Below, in pieces: positions 1-15,918 of a stretch of 64,000 nt of DNA. The notes beneath the pieces were generated by a model. That model saw only the letters and a list, made by a program, of their open reading frames with translations, ran no database searches and was not told where the DNA came from. Position numbers and translations under genes: made by a program. The DNA comes from Chrysomallon squamiferum (lineage: Eukaryota > Animalia > Mollusca): contig CM022676.1 of the NCBI GenBank assembly GCA_012295275.1, positions 18,662,001 through 18,726,000 on the forward strand, in the 5' to 3' direction. Numbering within the stretch: the first letter of the stretch is position 1; each line of letters starts with the position of its first letter.

Positions 1-124
1 AATTTATTTATAAATCAGAAATTAGATGCAGAATTTAAAATAGCACATTTTATCATCTCAAAGAATACAAAAAAAAAAAAAAACATTTTCTAGATAATAA
101 TTTTATATTTATTTATTTATCAAT

Positions 125-156
<32 letters not shown>

Positions 157-850
157 TGTTATCATTATCAATACTTTTTCTTTTTTCTTTCTTTTATTCC
201 TTCCTTCCATTTTTAAACTTCCATTTCATTCTTACATGCAAATTCATCTTTCTCAAACCAGCTTTTCATGTTCTGACAAATCACTTAGCAGCTGACAAAT
301 TTCAAAAATAGCTGTACCAGTCTGCCCCTTTCAAAATCTACCAAATGTTATCAGAGATTAAAAAATACATATTTTTAAATCTTTTTTTTATATTTTATTA
401 TTTTTAAATTTATAGTTAACAAAGAATTTGCACCACAGATTGAAATGTACTTAAAAGATAAAAAGAAAAAAAAAAAAAAAAAAAAATTCTTCTCTTTTTA
501 TATTTTGTTCATTTTAAATTTATTGTTAACAGAGTATATACTCCACTGAAACGGGGTTGTATTTAATGTTGATTAATGATAAATTTGGGTGTTGTCCTAG
601 ATGTTAAACACTGAGCTGCAGTTCAGAGCTGTTGATGGGATACAGCTGATCACAGGATCAAATTACCACAGTGGCCTGGCTTAGCTGTTTCCCGTTCCAC
701 CCAGTACTATTGTATTTACAGACAAGCTGTTTGCTTCACTTTGTGGTGTTGTTGTTGCTGATGTTGGAACAATAATAATAATATTGTTATTATTAGTAGT
801 AGTATTGTTACTACTATGAATTACTACTACTACTAATAATAATAATGATA

Positions 851-907
<57 letters not shown>

Positions 908-1140
908 AAATAATTCCAAATAAATTATGTGAATATTTTTTCTTCAGTTAATATTTAAAAATCGCCATGCAAAAACGAAACAACCAGTGCCACAGTTCCC
1001 AGCCCTGTGACATCACAGATATTACGTAACAACCATGTGTCCATGACAACGGCACTTACTGAGATAACGTTTGCCTAGTTAGTTCCTTCACACTGATCCC
1101 CCTGACCTGTGCATACCCCTCCTACCAGCCTGGTGGTTAA

Positions 1141-1158
1141 CTAGCGCCATCTGGTGGG
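1141..1158 (-). promoter_or_regulatory. CTCF-type motif
   Basis: Minus strand CCCACCAGATGGCGCTAG closely matches the CTCF core consensus; it lies in a unique-sequence island ~960-1330. Confidence 0.5.
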
Positions 1159-1398
1159 ACTATCAGGGGAATTTGGGATATCTGAGAGCAGCAGACGCCC
1201 AGTCGCCGATGGCAACCATGCACGTGTTCTACATCACACACAGTGACATGTTTCATACGTATCTGGGTATTGTTCCTGGCAAGCCAGACAACTAGGGGGC
1301 CCTGTTTGGGTTAGGTTATCTAAGTGTGTATTGTCTTGTTTTCTTCTTTTGAGGCTTCAAGTGGGTTCTTTTTTATTTTTTTTTTTTTTTTCTTTTAA

Positions 1399-1435
<37 letters not shown>

Positions 1436-1479
1436 CTCTTTTATTTTTCATTATTTTTTTCTTTTTCTTATATATATAT

Positions 1480-1510
<31 letters not shown>

Positions 1511-1639
1511 AAATTATTTTATTTTAAATTTAATTTTCTTTATTATTATTTTTTTTTTTTATTTTTTTTTTTTGGGGAGGCTATGGCAAACTATTTTGAT
1601 TTCCTTTTTTTTCCTTTTCTTCTTCTTCATAGGTCTAGT

Positions 1640-2090
1640 AGTAGTAACACTACTACTACTACAAATACAACTACTACTACAAATACAGCTACTACTACCA
1701 CTACAAATACAAAACTACAACTACAAATACAACAACTACTACTACTACAAATACAACTACTACTACTACAAATACAGCTACTACTACAAATACAGCTACT
1801 ACTACCACTACAAATACAACTACTACTACAACTACAAATACAACAACTACTACTACTACAAATACAACTACTACTACTACTACAAATACAGCTACTACTA
1901 CCACTACAAATACAACTACTACTACAACTACTACTACTACTACCACTAAAAATACAACTACTACTACTACTACAAATACTACTACTACTACTACTACAAA
2001 TACAACAACTACTACTACTACAAATACAACAACTACTACTACTACAAATACAACTACTACTACTACTACTACTATCACTACTACTGTTAT
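1640..2090. repeat. Compound (CTA)n-ACAAATACA minisatellite
   Basis: Repeated ctactactac-aaatacaa units of variable length. Confidence 0.9.
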
Positions 2091-2770
2091 AACTGATATT
2101 ATTACAATTAATACTACAACTGCAACAACAACAACAACAACTACTACTACCACTGCTGGCACTAACAGATTAGGATTGGCATGTTTGAAATGTATTGAAA
2201 ATGTCAGACAAATATGTTTGTGTTTATTGGCAAACAACACCTGCAAAACACAAAATTTAAATATTAACCCTAAATTCTTGTGTTTCTTTTCTTTTAGAAT
2301 TTTGTTTTATTTTCATTTACTGGAAATAAACTGAGATAAATAAAAATAATATTAAATAAAGAAGAAAAAAAAGATGTTCAGCAGAAGTAATTAAAATTAA
2401 TGTTGAATTTTATGTAATACTTTAATTTCTTCTTTCTTCATTTTTTTTTTTAAATTGTTAAATTTATATCTCTTTATTTATTTTTTCTTTGTTTCATGCT
2501 TCCAGTCTAAATATCTTCTTTCTTTCTTTCTCTCTCTCCTTTTTCTTTTTTCTCCCTTTCTCTGCCTCTTTTTATCTTTCCTTCAGTGTTTCTCTTTTTA
2601 CTGCTTTGTTATCAGAATTCAAAACTTAATGATTTTGCAGCAGATGTGTTAGCACATAAACTGAGTCAACCAGAATTTTAAAAAAAGTGTGTTTATATGT
2701 ATATATATATATGTATGTATATATATACACAGTCACACACATTGTACTCATATAGAAATTTGTTTTAGTT

Positions 2771-2842
<72 letters not shown>

Positions 2843-3032
2843 ATGTATATATATGTGTATATATATGTATATATATATATATGTGGGTGTATTATCAGAT
2901 GATATTGTCTAGGTGTTAGTCAGATTTGCTATTAATATCTCGTAATACACCCACTCACAAATTAATATGAAAACAAAACACTAAACAAAAAAAAAAAATA
3001 AAAATAAAAGATAAAAAACAAATAAAAATAAA

Positions 3033-3063
<31 letters not shown>

Positions 3064-3090
3064 TTATTATTATTATTATTATTATGATTA

Positions 3091-3140
<50 letters not shown>

Positions 3141-4239
3141 ATAAAAAGTGTATATACATAACACATATAAATCAGGAACAAAGAAGTGAACAAAGTAAAA
3201 CAAATGTTTACATTGTTCTACAAAGGATTACACAGTGAATAACTGTAACAAGTTGATTTTCATGCATCACTGTACAACATTTCACGCACTGTTAAACAGC
3301 AGGTAATCAGATAATGCGACAGATTGTCAGAGAAAACAAAACAACAAAACAAACAAGATGAAAATAAAATAGCATGTTTGTTTTATGTAATGTTAAGTGT
3401 ATAACAATGTACATTATTATTTCTACTGAAAACGCAGTTTTAATTTTTTTTAGTTTTAAATTAGTTTTATTGTTCTTTTCTGTGTTTTTTTTGTTGTTGT
3501 TGTTATATTGTTGAATTTTGTTGTTATTATTATTTATTATTTTCTAGTAGTAATAATACTGCTGATATTACAACAAAAAAAAAAAAAAACTACTGCTATT
3601 ATTATTAATTAATATATCTGTTGAAAAATGTATATCTATATCTATATAAAATATTATGTCTCTGTATATATATGTGTGTATGCAGAGTATGTTTATACTT
3701 ATGCATGTTGTATGTGTATACTTATGCATGTCTGTGTGTGTGTATGTGTGTAGGTGCTACACACACAGTATATAGACACACATGTTAAAATTGCACTGAA
3801 ATCATTGTTAAATGTGTTAATTATTTACAGCACAAGCCATGTGCTGTGTTTAACACATGTTTGACACGTGTCTCAGTAATTAACTGTCACAGAGCAGAAA
3901 CCCGTCCTATCTCGCTAATTACATCAGCATCCTCGACAACTGCACGGCGCAATTTGATTCTGACATTATCAGCTACAGCAACACCCTTTCTTTGTTTTCT
4001 GTTGCTGACTTCTAGAGCTTCACCTTGTTAAGTCTGGTAGTTAATTAGTAAGAAACGTGTTAGCTTATCTACACAAAACGTTCTGTTGTTAGATATCACA
4101 CTTTATTCAACGCTCATTAAAACTGAGGTGTGCTTTCTTTACCATGCAATACAACCTTTTTATTTTATTTTCTGAGATGTGTAGATTTTTTAATATTAAT
4201 GTTTATTTTTCTATAGATATTCAAAAACACATATAGATA

Positions 4240-4282
<43 letters not shown>

Positions 4283-4809
4283 ACATATATATAGATTCTA
4301 CATATATATACATATATTATATATATATAGATACATATATAGATATATAGATATATAGTTATATATACATAGACTTGCATACAGTTATTGAAGAGAGATA
4401 CTGAGAGATAAAATAACGAAAGCAATAACAACAGTAATACAACAATAAGAAAAGTTATGTTATTAATTAACAACAATCTGTACAAAAACTTGAAAAAGGA
4501 AAAACTATCTTTCCTTCTCAACTCCTCATCATCTGCTTCTCCCTGAGTCTGTCTCAAAGTTTGAGAACGTGGAAGAGATTGTGAACAATTGTCTACGAGT
4601 CTTTTTGATGTCTGTGATGATCTTCCTGTCTGGCACAGATCAGAGCTATTAACACCGGTGTACCTCTCTCTCTGATCTTTTCACCTGACAGAGGGTGGGG
4701 GGGTGATGGTCCTGACAGGTATATCAGTGGGGGGGTTTAAGTATTGCGATCTCGTTGTCAGGTGCAGTTAGAGTGAAGTGTATGATTCTAATTATAAAGT
4801 TGTGTGTGT

Positions 4810-4871
<62 letters not shown>

Positions 4872-4889
4872 TCTCTCTCTCTCTCTTTT

Positions 4890-4926
<37 letters not shown>

Positions 4927-4945
4927 TTCTGTCTCTCTCTCTCTT

Positions 4946-5097
<152 letters not shown>

Positions 5098-6208
5098 TCT
5101 CTCTCCTCTTTGTTTGTCTTCCTTCTGTTTTTCTGTTTTCTTCCTGCCTCTATATCTGTCAATATGCCTCTCTGACCACTCATCTATCCATCTGTCCTCT
5201 CTGTCTCTCTTTCTGTTTCTCTCTTTCTATTTATCTATCTACCTATCACTACATTATTTATCTACCTGTCTATCCATCCATCCATCCATTCTTCAAGCAT
5301 CCATCTATACACACATATTTATCTGTGTGTGTGTGTGTGTCTCTGTGTGTGTGTCTGTGTGTGTCTTTGTGTGTGTGTGTGTGTGTCTATTCACTAGCAA
5401 CCTGAATCCATTCATTCCTTCCCCCCACACCTCATACAGGACAAATCTGTGATCTGCCTTCCACTGAATGCTAACAAAGCAAAGATTTCCTCTGCAGGTT
5501 GAAATTTCTGGTGAGAGAAAAACTCTTAAAGGTTACAAGTACTACAAGACTTACACAGAGAGCTGAGTGCTTTCTGACATAGCAGTGAGTGACTCGGTCC
5601 AAGTCAGAGTTGCAGGTTTTTTCTCTTGCTCTGTTTCAGTTTTGTGTTTTATCTCAGATGAGAGAGATGAGAGAGATGAGAGGTTTCATGGACAATGTAA
5701 TTGGTGCTTGTCAACTTAGGCCGTGATTTTTCTTTCTTTTCTTCTTCTTTCTTTCTTTCTTCTTTCTTTTTTCTTCTTTCTTTTACTCTTGTTTTTCTAC
5801 TTTTTGTTTCTTTTTGACTTTTCTCATTTTCCTCTTCTTCTTCTTGTTTTTCTTTTTCTTCTTCTTCTTCTTTTTTTATTTTGTTTGGTAATTTATCTTG
5901 TTCTTATTTTCTTATGTTCTTCTAGAATTAATGAACACTGTAATATTTATAACTAAGAACATTTGTAGCTGAAATATTTTCTGGTTTGTTCTGTAATGTT
6001 ATGAAAATTATGTATAAACAAAATTACTAAAATGTTTACGTAACAATCAAGTATGTTCACACAGACATAAACATGGACATACGTACAAACATAACAGACA
6101 CAAAACAAATCAATTTTGCACTCAGATACAGACATATACGTATTCCCAGACACACAAACAGTATTCCTGTATGTGTGTATGTGTCAGTGTGTGTATGTGT
6201 GTGTGTGT

Positions 6209-6281
<73 letters not shown>

Positions 6282-6359
6282 TGACTGGATGATGCTTATA
6301 GAAAGGATAATTTAGTATTAAACATCATTTTTATTATTGATAAGAAAAACACACACACA

Positions 6360-6420
<61 letters not shown>

Positions 6421-6440
6421 ACACACACACACACACACAG

Positions 6441-6473
<33 letters not shown>

Positions 6474-6734
6474 CCCACCAAACTGAAAAAAAAACAGAAG
6501 AAAAAAAGAAGAAGAAGAAAACAATTAAAAAAAACCCAACCTAGCCACTAAACATTACAATTATTCTCAAGTGAACAATTCCAGCTAGGTAGAACAACGT
6601 AGATAGGGTTGTGTCTGCATCTAACATACCAACATCATCGTATGTGACACTGCGGCTGCTGTGGTTGTTGTAGTTGTTTTGTCTAATTTATTTTTCGTGT
6701 TTATTTTTCAGATTTCTGAGTTGAGGCGCGCGCA

Positions 6735-6825
6735 ATGCTGGAAAACATGAAAGACAGCAAACGAAAGAAAGTTTTAACTCGCCTGGCGCAGTTGTCTTTC
6801 CTTGTAGCTCTCCTGTCTGATGAAG
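6735..6825 (+). CDS. Kirre-like coding exon 1 (signal peptide)
   Basis: tttttcag acceptor (exon starts 6712), ATG 6735, MLENMKDSKRKKVLTRLAQLSFLVALLSDE, G|GTAAG; phase 1 fits the next exon. Confidence 0.72.
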
Positions 6826-7468
6826 GTAAGAAAATTTTGTAATTATTTTTGTATTGAAAAGTACAGAAGCGTTTTTAATGTTAACAGTTGTGTTTTTCTT
6901 GTTGTAACTCTTTTTTGTCTGGGAGGAAGGAAAGTGATCAGTTTGTTAATCTTAATAAAACCTTTGTTAAAGATAAAATAAATAAAATAAATAAATAAAT
7001 AAATTATAAAAATTAAAAAAAGATTTATTAATAATAATGATAAAGTTGTTGATAATAGTAATTATGATCATGATGACTGTAATAACAACAGTAATAATAT
7101 TAACAGTGATAATAAAAATAACAACAATGATAATGAGAATGATGATAATGAGAATAATGTCTCACAAACACACAGACTGTTTTACAATAAAAAAAAAAAA
7201 AAAAAAAAAAAAATAAATAAATAAATGAATAAAAAAAAAAAAACTAAGTAAATAAATAAATAAAATAAAAATTCTTAATTAAATCAAATAAATAATAATA
7301 AAAAAAAACAACAACTAACAAAGGGACTTTTTTTCACTTTGAACTCGGGACACAAAAATAAACTGGTCACTGATTACCAGTGTAAGATTTCACTGATGAA
7401 GATTACCAGTCTATTGTTTCCTTGTCACAACTAGACTGGTTTCCAGATGTTTGCTTCTCCAGCTCTCT

Positions 7469-7507
<39 letters not shown>

Positions 7508-9437
7508 ATATTAGCCAGCACAGCTGTTCCAGAGTTTACACAGCTACACACAAGTCATGTATCCACCATTTTCTAATTTCAATTAAGATTTCAACACCAT
7601 CGTCATAGAAACCCATTTGTAAATTCTTTGCGTAATGAGACTTGCAGACGTTCTGTTTGTTCACTTTGCTGCTCTCTGCAGAAATCACCTGGCTGAGTGA
7701 GTGATGGTATTAGGGATGAATGCAGGAAGAGAATGATGATAACAAGGACGTATGAAAGGTTGTAGGGGAAGGGGGGGTGTTTTCGATGAAGTATGTAAAC
7801 CATAATAATAAAAATAATTACCCCACCAAAAAAAACACACCAAAGAACAATCCCCCAAAACCTCAGTGAATAAAAATAAATACATAAATAAATAAATAAA
7901 TAAATAAATAGTAGTAGTAGTAGTAGTAGTAGTAGTTAGTAATAGTAGTAGTTGTAGTAGTAGTAGTAGTTGTAGTAGTAATAATAATAATAATAATATA
8001 AAAAAAAAAAAGCCCCAAAACAACAACAAACAAACAAAACAAAGAACCACCCCCAAGCCCTCAGTGAATAAAAATAAATAATAAATAAACAAACAAACAA
8101 ACAAACAAACAAACAAAAACAAAGCCAGCTGTGAACTGACATATGAACAATACCAGTGTTACACTTGCCACCTGTGTAATATTTTCAGGTAATTATTAGC
8201 TGCAGTAAGATAACTCATGTATATAATGGCAAAGGTTAGAAAATAGCAGTACACTTCATATGTTGTGAATTTCATGCATGTTTCATGTGCATGTTTGTTC
8301 TTTCATACCCAGCCTGCATGTCAAAGCAATTACCTGAGTGACAGCTGTTTCACATCACTGTTCTAGAGAAATAAACTCAGCCCCAGTTATCTCCCCTGAT
8401 GTATTTATTCACTGTAGTTTATACACTTTGATGTTTCATAAAGGATGTAAATATGTATACAATTAAACTTTGCCTTCTAAACTTGTTTATTTTCTTCCTA
8501 CATTTTTCTTCTTCTTCTTCTGTCTTTCATTTTATTTCTTCTTCTTTTTTGTTTTTTCTTTGTTTATTTTTCTGCTCCATTTTTTTTGTTTTTTTTTTTT
8601 TTTCTTTTCTTTTCGGACATCTTCTTTTTTGTCTTTGCTTATTTTTTCTTCTTTGATTTCTCTTCTCTTTTTTACTTTTTCTTCTTCTTATTCTCTTCCT
8701 TTTACTTCTCATTTTCTGTAAATCTTCTGCTTATTTTTATTACTTTTATTTGCACCCATTTAAGATTTGAATCCAGCAGAACTGTAAAAATCAAATCATT
8801 GTTAACAACAACAACAACAACAACAACACTTAAACAATTTCATTGTTAAACATCACATCTGAAAAGTGTCAAACTCCCCACAAAATCAGCGTACAGTACA
8901 AACATCTTAGCTAACCATTATATCTGTGAATTGTCAAACTCCCTGAAACATGGGAGTACAGTTTTATCCCAGCAGGAATTGTGTCTTAATGACTGTTGCA
9001 GCAGGCAATGTGGTCCAAAACCCCTTCACTCCTGTAGACTTCTCATTAGTGGGTAATGGCTTTTATACCAAAAGATGTTTATTCAGTGTGTGTCTGGTTG
9101 GGATCTGTAAAACACACAGCACACTCTTCTATTCCCAGCTCACGCAGTCAGTCAGTCACTGGTTTAACTCAGTGTTCCAGACCTGTGTTCTGTGATATAA
9201 TTGTCAGATCTCTCCACAGCTGTTTAACACACACACACACACACACCACACTATGAGATGTTACAGTTTTTCTTTCTTTCTGATGTTCCTCACTGTGTCT
9301 GTCTGACTGCATTGAGACAGAATCAAAGAGATCCGGCAAATTTAGAAATTTTTCCTCTGTGGACAAATAAATTCGCTCCATTTCAGTTGCCTGTTGTTAT
9401 TTAACTGCACATTTAATAGTTATTTTCTTTCATTGTT

Positions 9438-9476
<39 letters not shown>

Positions 9477-9637
9477 CATTTTTTTTTTTTTTCATTTTTT
9501 TTTTTTACTTTCCTTCTTTTTCTAATTCGTTCCTGCTTCTGTCATTCCATCTCTGTTATTTTTTTTTTTCTTTTCTCTCTCTCCTTTTTTTCTTTTTTAT
9601 CTTTCATTATCTCACTGTCTCTCTATCTGTCTCTCTA

Positions 9638-9728
<91 letters not shown>

Positions 9729-10825
9729 GTCTGTATAACTAACCAAGTAGGTATCATTGTCTTTCTCTGTGTATACGTATGTATGTATGTGTGTGTGTAT
9801 GTATGTATGTATGTATCTATGTATGTATGTATGTATCTATGTATGTATGTATGTATGTATGTATGTATGTATATGTACGTATGTATGTATGTGTGTATGT
9901 GTGTGAATATGTATGTGTGTATGTGTGTGTGTGTGTGTGTGTATGTGTGTATGTGTGTGTGTATGTATGTGTGTATGTGTGTATGTGTGTGTGTGTGTGT
10001 ATGTATGTGTGTGTATGTATGTATGTATGTGTGTATGTATGTGTGTGTATGTATGTGTGTGTGTATGTATGTGTGTATGTATGTATTGTCTGTACACGTG
10101 TCTCTCTCTCACTTTTCCTGTCTCACACATCTCTGTTTTACCCTGCAGCTTTTCCTGTTATCAGCTTGTCACTTTTGATAGGGAGAACAGATCTGTGAGG
10201 AAACATTTATTGGGGAAATCAATAAATAATCATTTTAACAACACTTAGCCCGTCTCTTCCATTCTCTGCATTCAGCCTTTGATGTGGCAGTCCTCTGCAG
10301 TCAGCCTCTGATGTGGCAGTCCTCTGCCTGGTTTAACTCTGGCACTTGTAAAGTAATACAAGTAACTGAGTTAATAACAGTCAGTTTAGTACACAGATTA
10401 CTGGTGATAACACCCTGTCTTATTAGTGCAGTTTTATTTGTGTTGTTTACTACTACTACTATTACTGCTATTATTACTACCACTACCAGTACTGCTATTA
10501 TTACTACCACTACCACTACCACTACAACCACCACTACTACTATTATTACTGCTATTATTACTACCACTACCACTACTGCTATTATTACTACCACTACCAT
10601 TACCACCACCACTACTACTACTACTAATACTACTATTACCACTAACGCTACTACTATTACTACCACTATTATTACTACTGCTACTACTACTACTACTACT
10701 ATTACTACTACTGCTACTACTATTACTACTACTACTACTACTACTACCACCACTACCACTACTACTACTACTACTACTACCATTACCACTACCACTACTG
10801 CTACTACTATTACTACTACTACTAT

Positions 10826-10866
<41 letters not shown>

Positions 10867-10891
10867 TTACTACTACTACTACTACTACTAT

Positions 10892-10925
<34 letters not shown>

Positions 10926-11995
10926 GCTACTACTATTACTACTACTGCTACTACTATTACTACTACCACTACTACCACTACTGCTACTACTACTACCACT
11001 ACTACTATTACTACTACCACTACCACCACTACTACTACTACTAATAATAAGAAGAAGAATACCACCATGGGTTACTACTATCACCACTACCACCACTACT
11101 TTTTTAAACACTACTACTACTGCTACTAACTAATAATAAGAAGAAGAATACTGTTTGGTATACCAGGGTTACTGGTAATAATACTTTCTCTGACTCATCA
11201 GCATATTTTTTGAACACTGCTACTGTTACTGCAACCACAACTACTAATTCTACTGCTGATACTGTTACCACTACTACTACAACCAGCACTACTACTGCCA
11301 CTACTACTAAAACTACTACTACTACTAATACTACTAATACAACTACTGTTACTGCTACTACTGAACAAATAATTAAATATTACATTAACTGCTATTTCCA
11401 CCGTTATTGTTGTTTATGCTGCATTTTAACAAATTTTGTTATTACTACTACTACCACAGTTATTGCAGTTATTATTATTATCATTATTATTTTTGTAACT
11501 TATTACTACTATTGTTAATCTTTTACTATTAGTGCTACTAGTAGTATCAACAGTTCTAACTATAATAAATAAACAAACAAGCAAACAATCAAACAAGTAA
11601 TAAAAAAAACATCAATAACCGACATTTAAATATATAGACATACAGACAGACAGACAGAAAGATAAAAAGAAAAATTTAAAACAACTATATAGTCTTTTTA
11701 TAGGTATATATATAAAAAAAGAAAACATTAAACAAAAATTAGAAAAAAAATCAAAGAAGCATAAATGAATTATATCTGATTAAAAAAAACTTCATCATGT
11801 TTCATGTTGAAATACTGATAGCTCGCGTCAACAGGAATTCTAAAATTATTTTTTAAACATCATCAGCTGTCATCACAAAACATCATTACAGATTAGTCCT
11901 GGCGGTGCCAGAGTCAAAAGTCAGCACAGACTGTGCTAATCACCCTGAAGTGAAGGAGAAATGTTTCATTTTGTCAGGTTTTAACTTTCTGACCT

Positions 11996-12083
<88 letters not shown>

Positions 12084-12616
12084 TAATTAATTATATTTAT
12101 GTAATTCTATTCTTTTTTCAAAAAACTAAAAAAAAACTAAGCCCCAAACATACTGGATGAACTTAACAAGTATTGTTATGAGTAAACCTGAGTATATTTT
12201 TGAAATATTAGGCATTATTATTATTATTATTTTACTGCAGTTTTGTTTATTTTTTTTATTTTTTTTTTTTTTTGTGTGTGTTAAAACATTTATGAGTTTA
12301 ACAGATTCTGATTCGGTTATCTTAGTGTAATTATTTCCATGCATAGTTCAGAGTTTTTGTTTAGAAATAAACCTAACAGTGATTTCTTTGTGTGTTTTCT
12401 GTGTGTACCTGTACATAATCCTGCTTTAATCAGAACAGTAAGACAAAAATGTGACCATACACACACACATACTGGATGAACTTAACATTTACATAAACAT
12501 ACACACATACACACATGCACACACACATACATACACACATACACACATACATACAGTGATTTCTTTGTGTGTTTTCACCTGTACATAACACTTTAACATA
12601 CACTAAAGTGACCATA

Positions 12617-12664
<48 letters not shown>

Positions 12665-13232
12665 TACCCACACACACACATACACACACACATACACACA
12701 CATACACATACACACATACACACATACACACACACACACACATACATACACACACATACACATTAGTATACACACAGTATATGTGTACACAGAAACACAC
12801 AAAACATGAATATACTCATTTACAAGTACAGACAGACAGAACACACATATAGACTGACAGACTCACATACAGACTCACATACAGACTCACATAGATACAA
12901 ACATATCAATTTGTCTTTATATACACACAGTTCTTCTTTGTAATCATAAATGATATCTTGTTATTCTTGTTTTTCATCTTATTATTGTAATACTGAATAA
13001 ATGCAGTTTTGTTTATTTATTTACTTAGTAATTATATATGTATGTATTTATGCACAACACTCAAACACACATATACACAAATACACAAACACAGACATAC
13101 ATATGTATGTATGTGTCTGTATGTATATATAAAATATATATAAACATATATATATGTACACACACTCACATATATCTACACAGACACACACACGTACTTA
13201 TTTGTGTGTTTCTTCAAACATATGTATGTACG

Positions 13233-13299
<67 letters not shown>

Positions 13300-15886
13300 C
13301 ATATAAACACAGACACACATACATACACATACATACATACATATGTGTATATATATATGTGTGTGTGTGTGTACACATGTACTTACTTACTTACTTACTT
13401 AGTTACTTACTTGTAGTTTTGCAGTGTGTGGACAGCAGCGGTTTCTCACGGAACCCAGCAACGTCAGCGCAGTGATTGGGTCGACGGCAGTTCTCAGCTG
13501 CAAGGTTGCGAGTCGCATCGGCGCGCTGCAGTGGACTCGCGACCACTTCGCCCTCGGCACCGAGCGCAGCCTGCCTGGCTTCCCCAGATACACCATGCTG
13601 GGAGACGAGAGGCAGATAGGATCAGAGATCATAGGTAAAAAAATAACTGTGACCTCACACACACTGTGATGTCATAGCGGTTTGTGACATCACCTGTAGA
13701 ATGACTCCACAGAGAGTTTTATGTGTTACAGACACTATGATGTCACGTATTACTGTATCATAACATTTATGACATCACAGTGATTATGACATCACTGATG
13801 AGTATTATATAAACATCATGATTTTAGTATGTATAGAAAGCATAATGGATTCACAGACGTTATGATGTCACAGATCTTCATATGTAATAAACAAAGATCA
13901 TTTCATAGAAATTATTATGTCACTGATGTTACTGACTCACAGCTATTACATGATTAACTGATATAAAAATCACAGCAATAGACACATTATGACATGACAC
14001 AGTCCATATCTTTTACCATGTCTGTGTCTAGTTCTTACTGTCAGTATCTAGTTCTTACTTTGTCAGTATCTAGTGCTTACTATGTCAGTATCTAGTTCTT
14101 ACTGTGTCAGTATCTAGTTCTTACTTTGTCAGTATCTAGTTCTTACTGTCAGTATCTAGTTCTTACTTTGTCAGTATCTAGTTCTTACTGTGTCAGTATC
14201 TAGTGCTTACTATGTCAGTATCTAGTTCCTACTGTGTCAGTATCTAGTTCTTACTGTGTCAGTGTCTAGTTCTTACTGTGTCAGTATCTAGTTCCTACTG
14301 TGTCAGTATCTAGTTCTTACTGTGTCAGTGTCTAGTTCTTACTGTGTCAGTATCTAGTTCTTACTGTGTCAATATCTAGTTCTTACTATGTATATATGTA
14401 TCTTTTGTATATCTTTGACCACTACAGTGGTCACTAAAATGGTCTTGGATGGTCAGTGTTGTGGTCACTCAAGGTGGTCAACATTTTAGTGTAAACATTT
14501 TAGTGTTTTGTTACTGTGATTGACCATGAGCTGGGTTGGAACGGGAAATCACTCAACTTGCTAAAAGTGTTTTCTCTGTTCACACCTGACTAGCAGGTTT
14601 GAAGTGATCAATCATCTAGATCTAGTAGTCACTTATCTAGTGATGTCTTTACTTACTTACTTAGTGGGTTTACCTTGTTTTAACACCTGGCTGTTCAGAA
14701 GTGTTTTTTTTCAACTGCTCAATTTTCTGTTAGTTTGGCAAAATGTTGAGTAGCTAATAAAAGAAGAAAAAAAAAAAAAAAAAACAAGAAGAAAAGAGAA
14801 TGAAATATTGCTCACGTTATTTTTTTTCTTTCTTTCATTAGGATTTATTTTTCTTCATTTTTTTTTTCTGTTCTTTCTGTCATTTATTATTTATTTGTTT
14901 AATTGTTCCTTCCGTTCTTTCCTTCTGTCTTTTGTGTTCCTTGTTTCTTTCTTATTCATTCTTTAATTGTTCTTTCCTTCTTTCTTTTGTTATTTTTTTT
15001 TTGTTCTTTCTTGGTTTCAGTTTCTTAATCTTTTCTTATCTTTTATTATTTCTCTTTTTCTTTTAATTCCTTTTTCTTTCATTCTGCCATTGTTTTCTTT
15101 TCCCTCATATTTTTCTTTGTATTCTTTCATTTATTTATTTTCTTTTTCTTTCTTTCTTTCTTCCTCTTCTTTTTTTTTCTCCTTCTCCTTTCATTTTATT
15201 TCATTTTTTTTTTTTTTTTTTTAAATCTTTATTATGAGAATTTGTTTTATTCTTATTCTGTTAAATTTTAAAGATTGCACAAAATTTTTAATAGATTATA
15301 ACAAACATTAATGTTGCAGAATATTAGGTGTGTGTCAACTTACTTGTCTGATTTACTGTGTGTGTCTGTGTGTGTTTGTGTGTCTATGTCTGTTTGTTTG
15401 TCAGTCTGTCTGTCTGTATGTTCATGTTTCTATTTATTAATTTTATGTTTATTTATTTATTTGTCTTTTTTTGTTGTTTTTGTTCTGTCTATTTATTCAT
15501 ATATTAATCTTTAATAATGATTTTCAGACTGTCACTGTATGTTATTTTATTAATTATTTATTTATTTTTGTTATTTAAAACTTATTTATTTTGTTTGAAT
15601 TTATTTTGCTTATTTATTTCATTTATTATAACTTATTTATTTATTAATTTGTACCTGATTTCTGTGTTTACCTGTCCACTCACCTGATTTCTGTGTTTAC
15701 CTGTCCACTCACTGTCTGTGTGTCTGTACAGGAGAGTTCAATCTGCAGATCAGGGACATCACGATGGAGGATGATGCGTGGTACGACTGTCAGATGGGGG
15801 CGGGGGAGGGCGTGCAGGGGATTCGCAGTCGACCAGCCAAGTTGTATGTCATGGGTGAGTGACTTTTGTACCTACACACATAAAAA

Positions 15887-15918
<32 letters not shown>

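Noticed and set aside
10284-11133. Thr-rich mucin-like ORF (also 1331-2246, 24322-24843, 52772-53486)
   Set aside because: Trinucleotide microsatellite inside introns or intergenic DNA, open in several frames on both strands.
13417-13424. Alternative upstream acceptor (ttgtag at 13416) for Kirre exon 2
   Set aside because: It puts the exon out of frame (stop at 13475); the AG at 13423-13424 restores the Ig frame.
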